Below are positions 23,595 to 24,000 of a stretch of DNA of 24,000 nucleotides, in pieces (position 1 is the stretch's first letter; every line of letters begins with the position of its first letter). The notes beneath the pieces were generated by a model. The model was not told where the DNA came from, did not search any database, and saw only the letters and a list, made by a program, of their open reading frames with translations. The translations under genes were made by a program, and so were the position numbers. The stretch spans positions 234,939 to 258,938 of the forward strand of contig NZ_AP028056.1 of NCBI RefSeq assembly GCF_030297015.1, given 5' to 3'. Source of the stretch: Brooklawnia propionicigenes (GTDB lineage: Bacteria; Actinomycetota; Actinomycetes; Propionibacteriales; Propionibacteriaceae).

Positions 23595-24000
23595 ATGAAG
23601 AAGTTCGTCAACGATCCCAAGCAGTACGTTCCGGAAATGCTCACCGGCATCGCCCTGGCGAATCCGGGCACACTGAAGTATGTGCCCGAATATAACCTCA
23701 TCATGCGTGCGGATGCCCCGAACAATGACAAGGTCACCATTATTCAGGGATCCGGTTCGGGCCATGAGCCCGCGCATGTCATGGTGGTTGGCCCTGGAAT
23801 GCTCGACGGGGCTTGTCCGGGCGATGTTTTCGCTGCTCCGCCCATGGATTATGTCTACGAATCGGGCAAGCTGCTCGCCTCCGACAAGGGAATTCTCTTG
23901 CTGGTCAACAATTACACCGGTGACAAGATGGCCTTCGAGATGGCCGCCGAAATGCTCGAATCCGAGGGCTACAAGGTTGCCACCCTGTTCATCAACGACG
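23595..24000 (+). CDS. dhaK: dihydroxyacetone kinase subunit K (DhaK), 5' part only, runs off the window end
   Basis: Not in the ORF track because it has no stop in the window. ATG at 23595 with GAGAGGA upstream. Translation MKKFVNDPKQYVPEMLTGIALANPG...IIQGSGSGHEPAHVMVVGPGMLDGACPGDVFAAPP...LLLVNNYTGDKMAFEMAAE carries the GSGHEP and NYTGD motifs of the Dak1/DhaK domain. Confidence 0.93.
   Translation, partial: MKKFVNDPKQYVPEMLTGIALANPGTLKYVPEYNLIMRADAPNNDKVTIIQGSGSGHEPAHVMVVGPGMLDGACPGDVFAAPPMDYVYESGKLLASDKGILLLVNNYTGDKMAFEMAAEMLESEGYKVATLFIND

Noticed and set aside
1-24000. CRISPR arrays, rRNA genes, retron or other recognisable defence-system signatures
   Set aside because: I saw no regularly spaced direct repeats of 24-40 bp, no rRNA-like conserved blocks, and no reverse transcriptase, nuclease-ATPase or toxin-like ORFs. 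The repeats present are fully explained by the IS duplication and the 14-bp microsatellite.

Overview
High-GC actinobacterial chromosomal window. Gene content and synteny are typical of Actinomycetota; any finer taxonomic guess is unverified. All calls come from reading the ORF translations and the raw sequence, with no database search.

Positions 544-14384 are a conserved housekeeping block:
- TRAM/RumA-type RNA methyltransferase
- DUF3710
- dut
- DUF4235
- DUF4193
- SepH-like DUF3071 protein
- alkaline-phosphatase-family protein plus DUF5998
- APP1-like phosphatase
- ParC-like type IIA topoisomerase A subunit
- beta-carbonic anhydrase
- coaBC
- NRDE-family protein
- DUF368 membrane protein

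A tRNA-Met(CAT) gene lies at 14759-14835. A visibly lower-GC, decayed integrative island follows it and runs to roughly 20.6-21.3 kb. The island contains:
- a 5'-truncated and frameshifted tyrosine integrase, fused to a remnant of an IS right end
- an orphan 212-aa HTH protein
- a divergent cold-shock-domain-like gene that overlaps a secreted-protein gene
- a complete 1687-bp IS1634-family element, with a frameshifted transposase, inserted exactly at that gene overlap and flanked by a perfect 109-bp target-site duplication
- a stretch of about 570 bp with no convincing ORF
- a tandem-HTH regulator preceded by a perfect palindrome

The right end returns to core-like genes: an Ltp-family membrane protein, a macro-domain deacetylase, dhaL and a partial dhaK.

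I saw no rRNA, no CRISPR array and no recognisable complete defence or toxin system. The best candidate for something undescribed is the island cargo, meaning the HTH orphan plus the CSD-like/secreted pair. The sequence alone only supports unknown function for it. Most long ORFs in the six-frame track that lie opposite the called genes are high-GC shadow ORFs.
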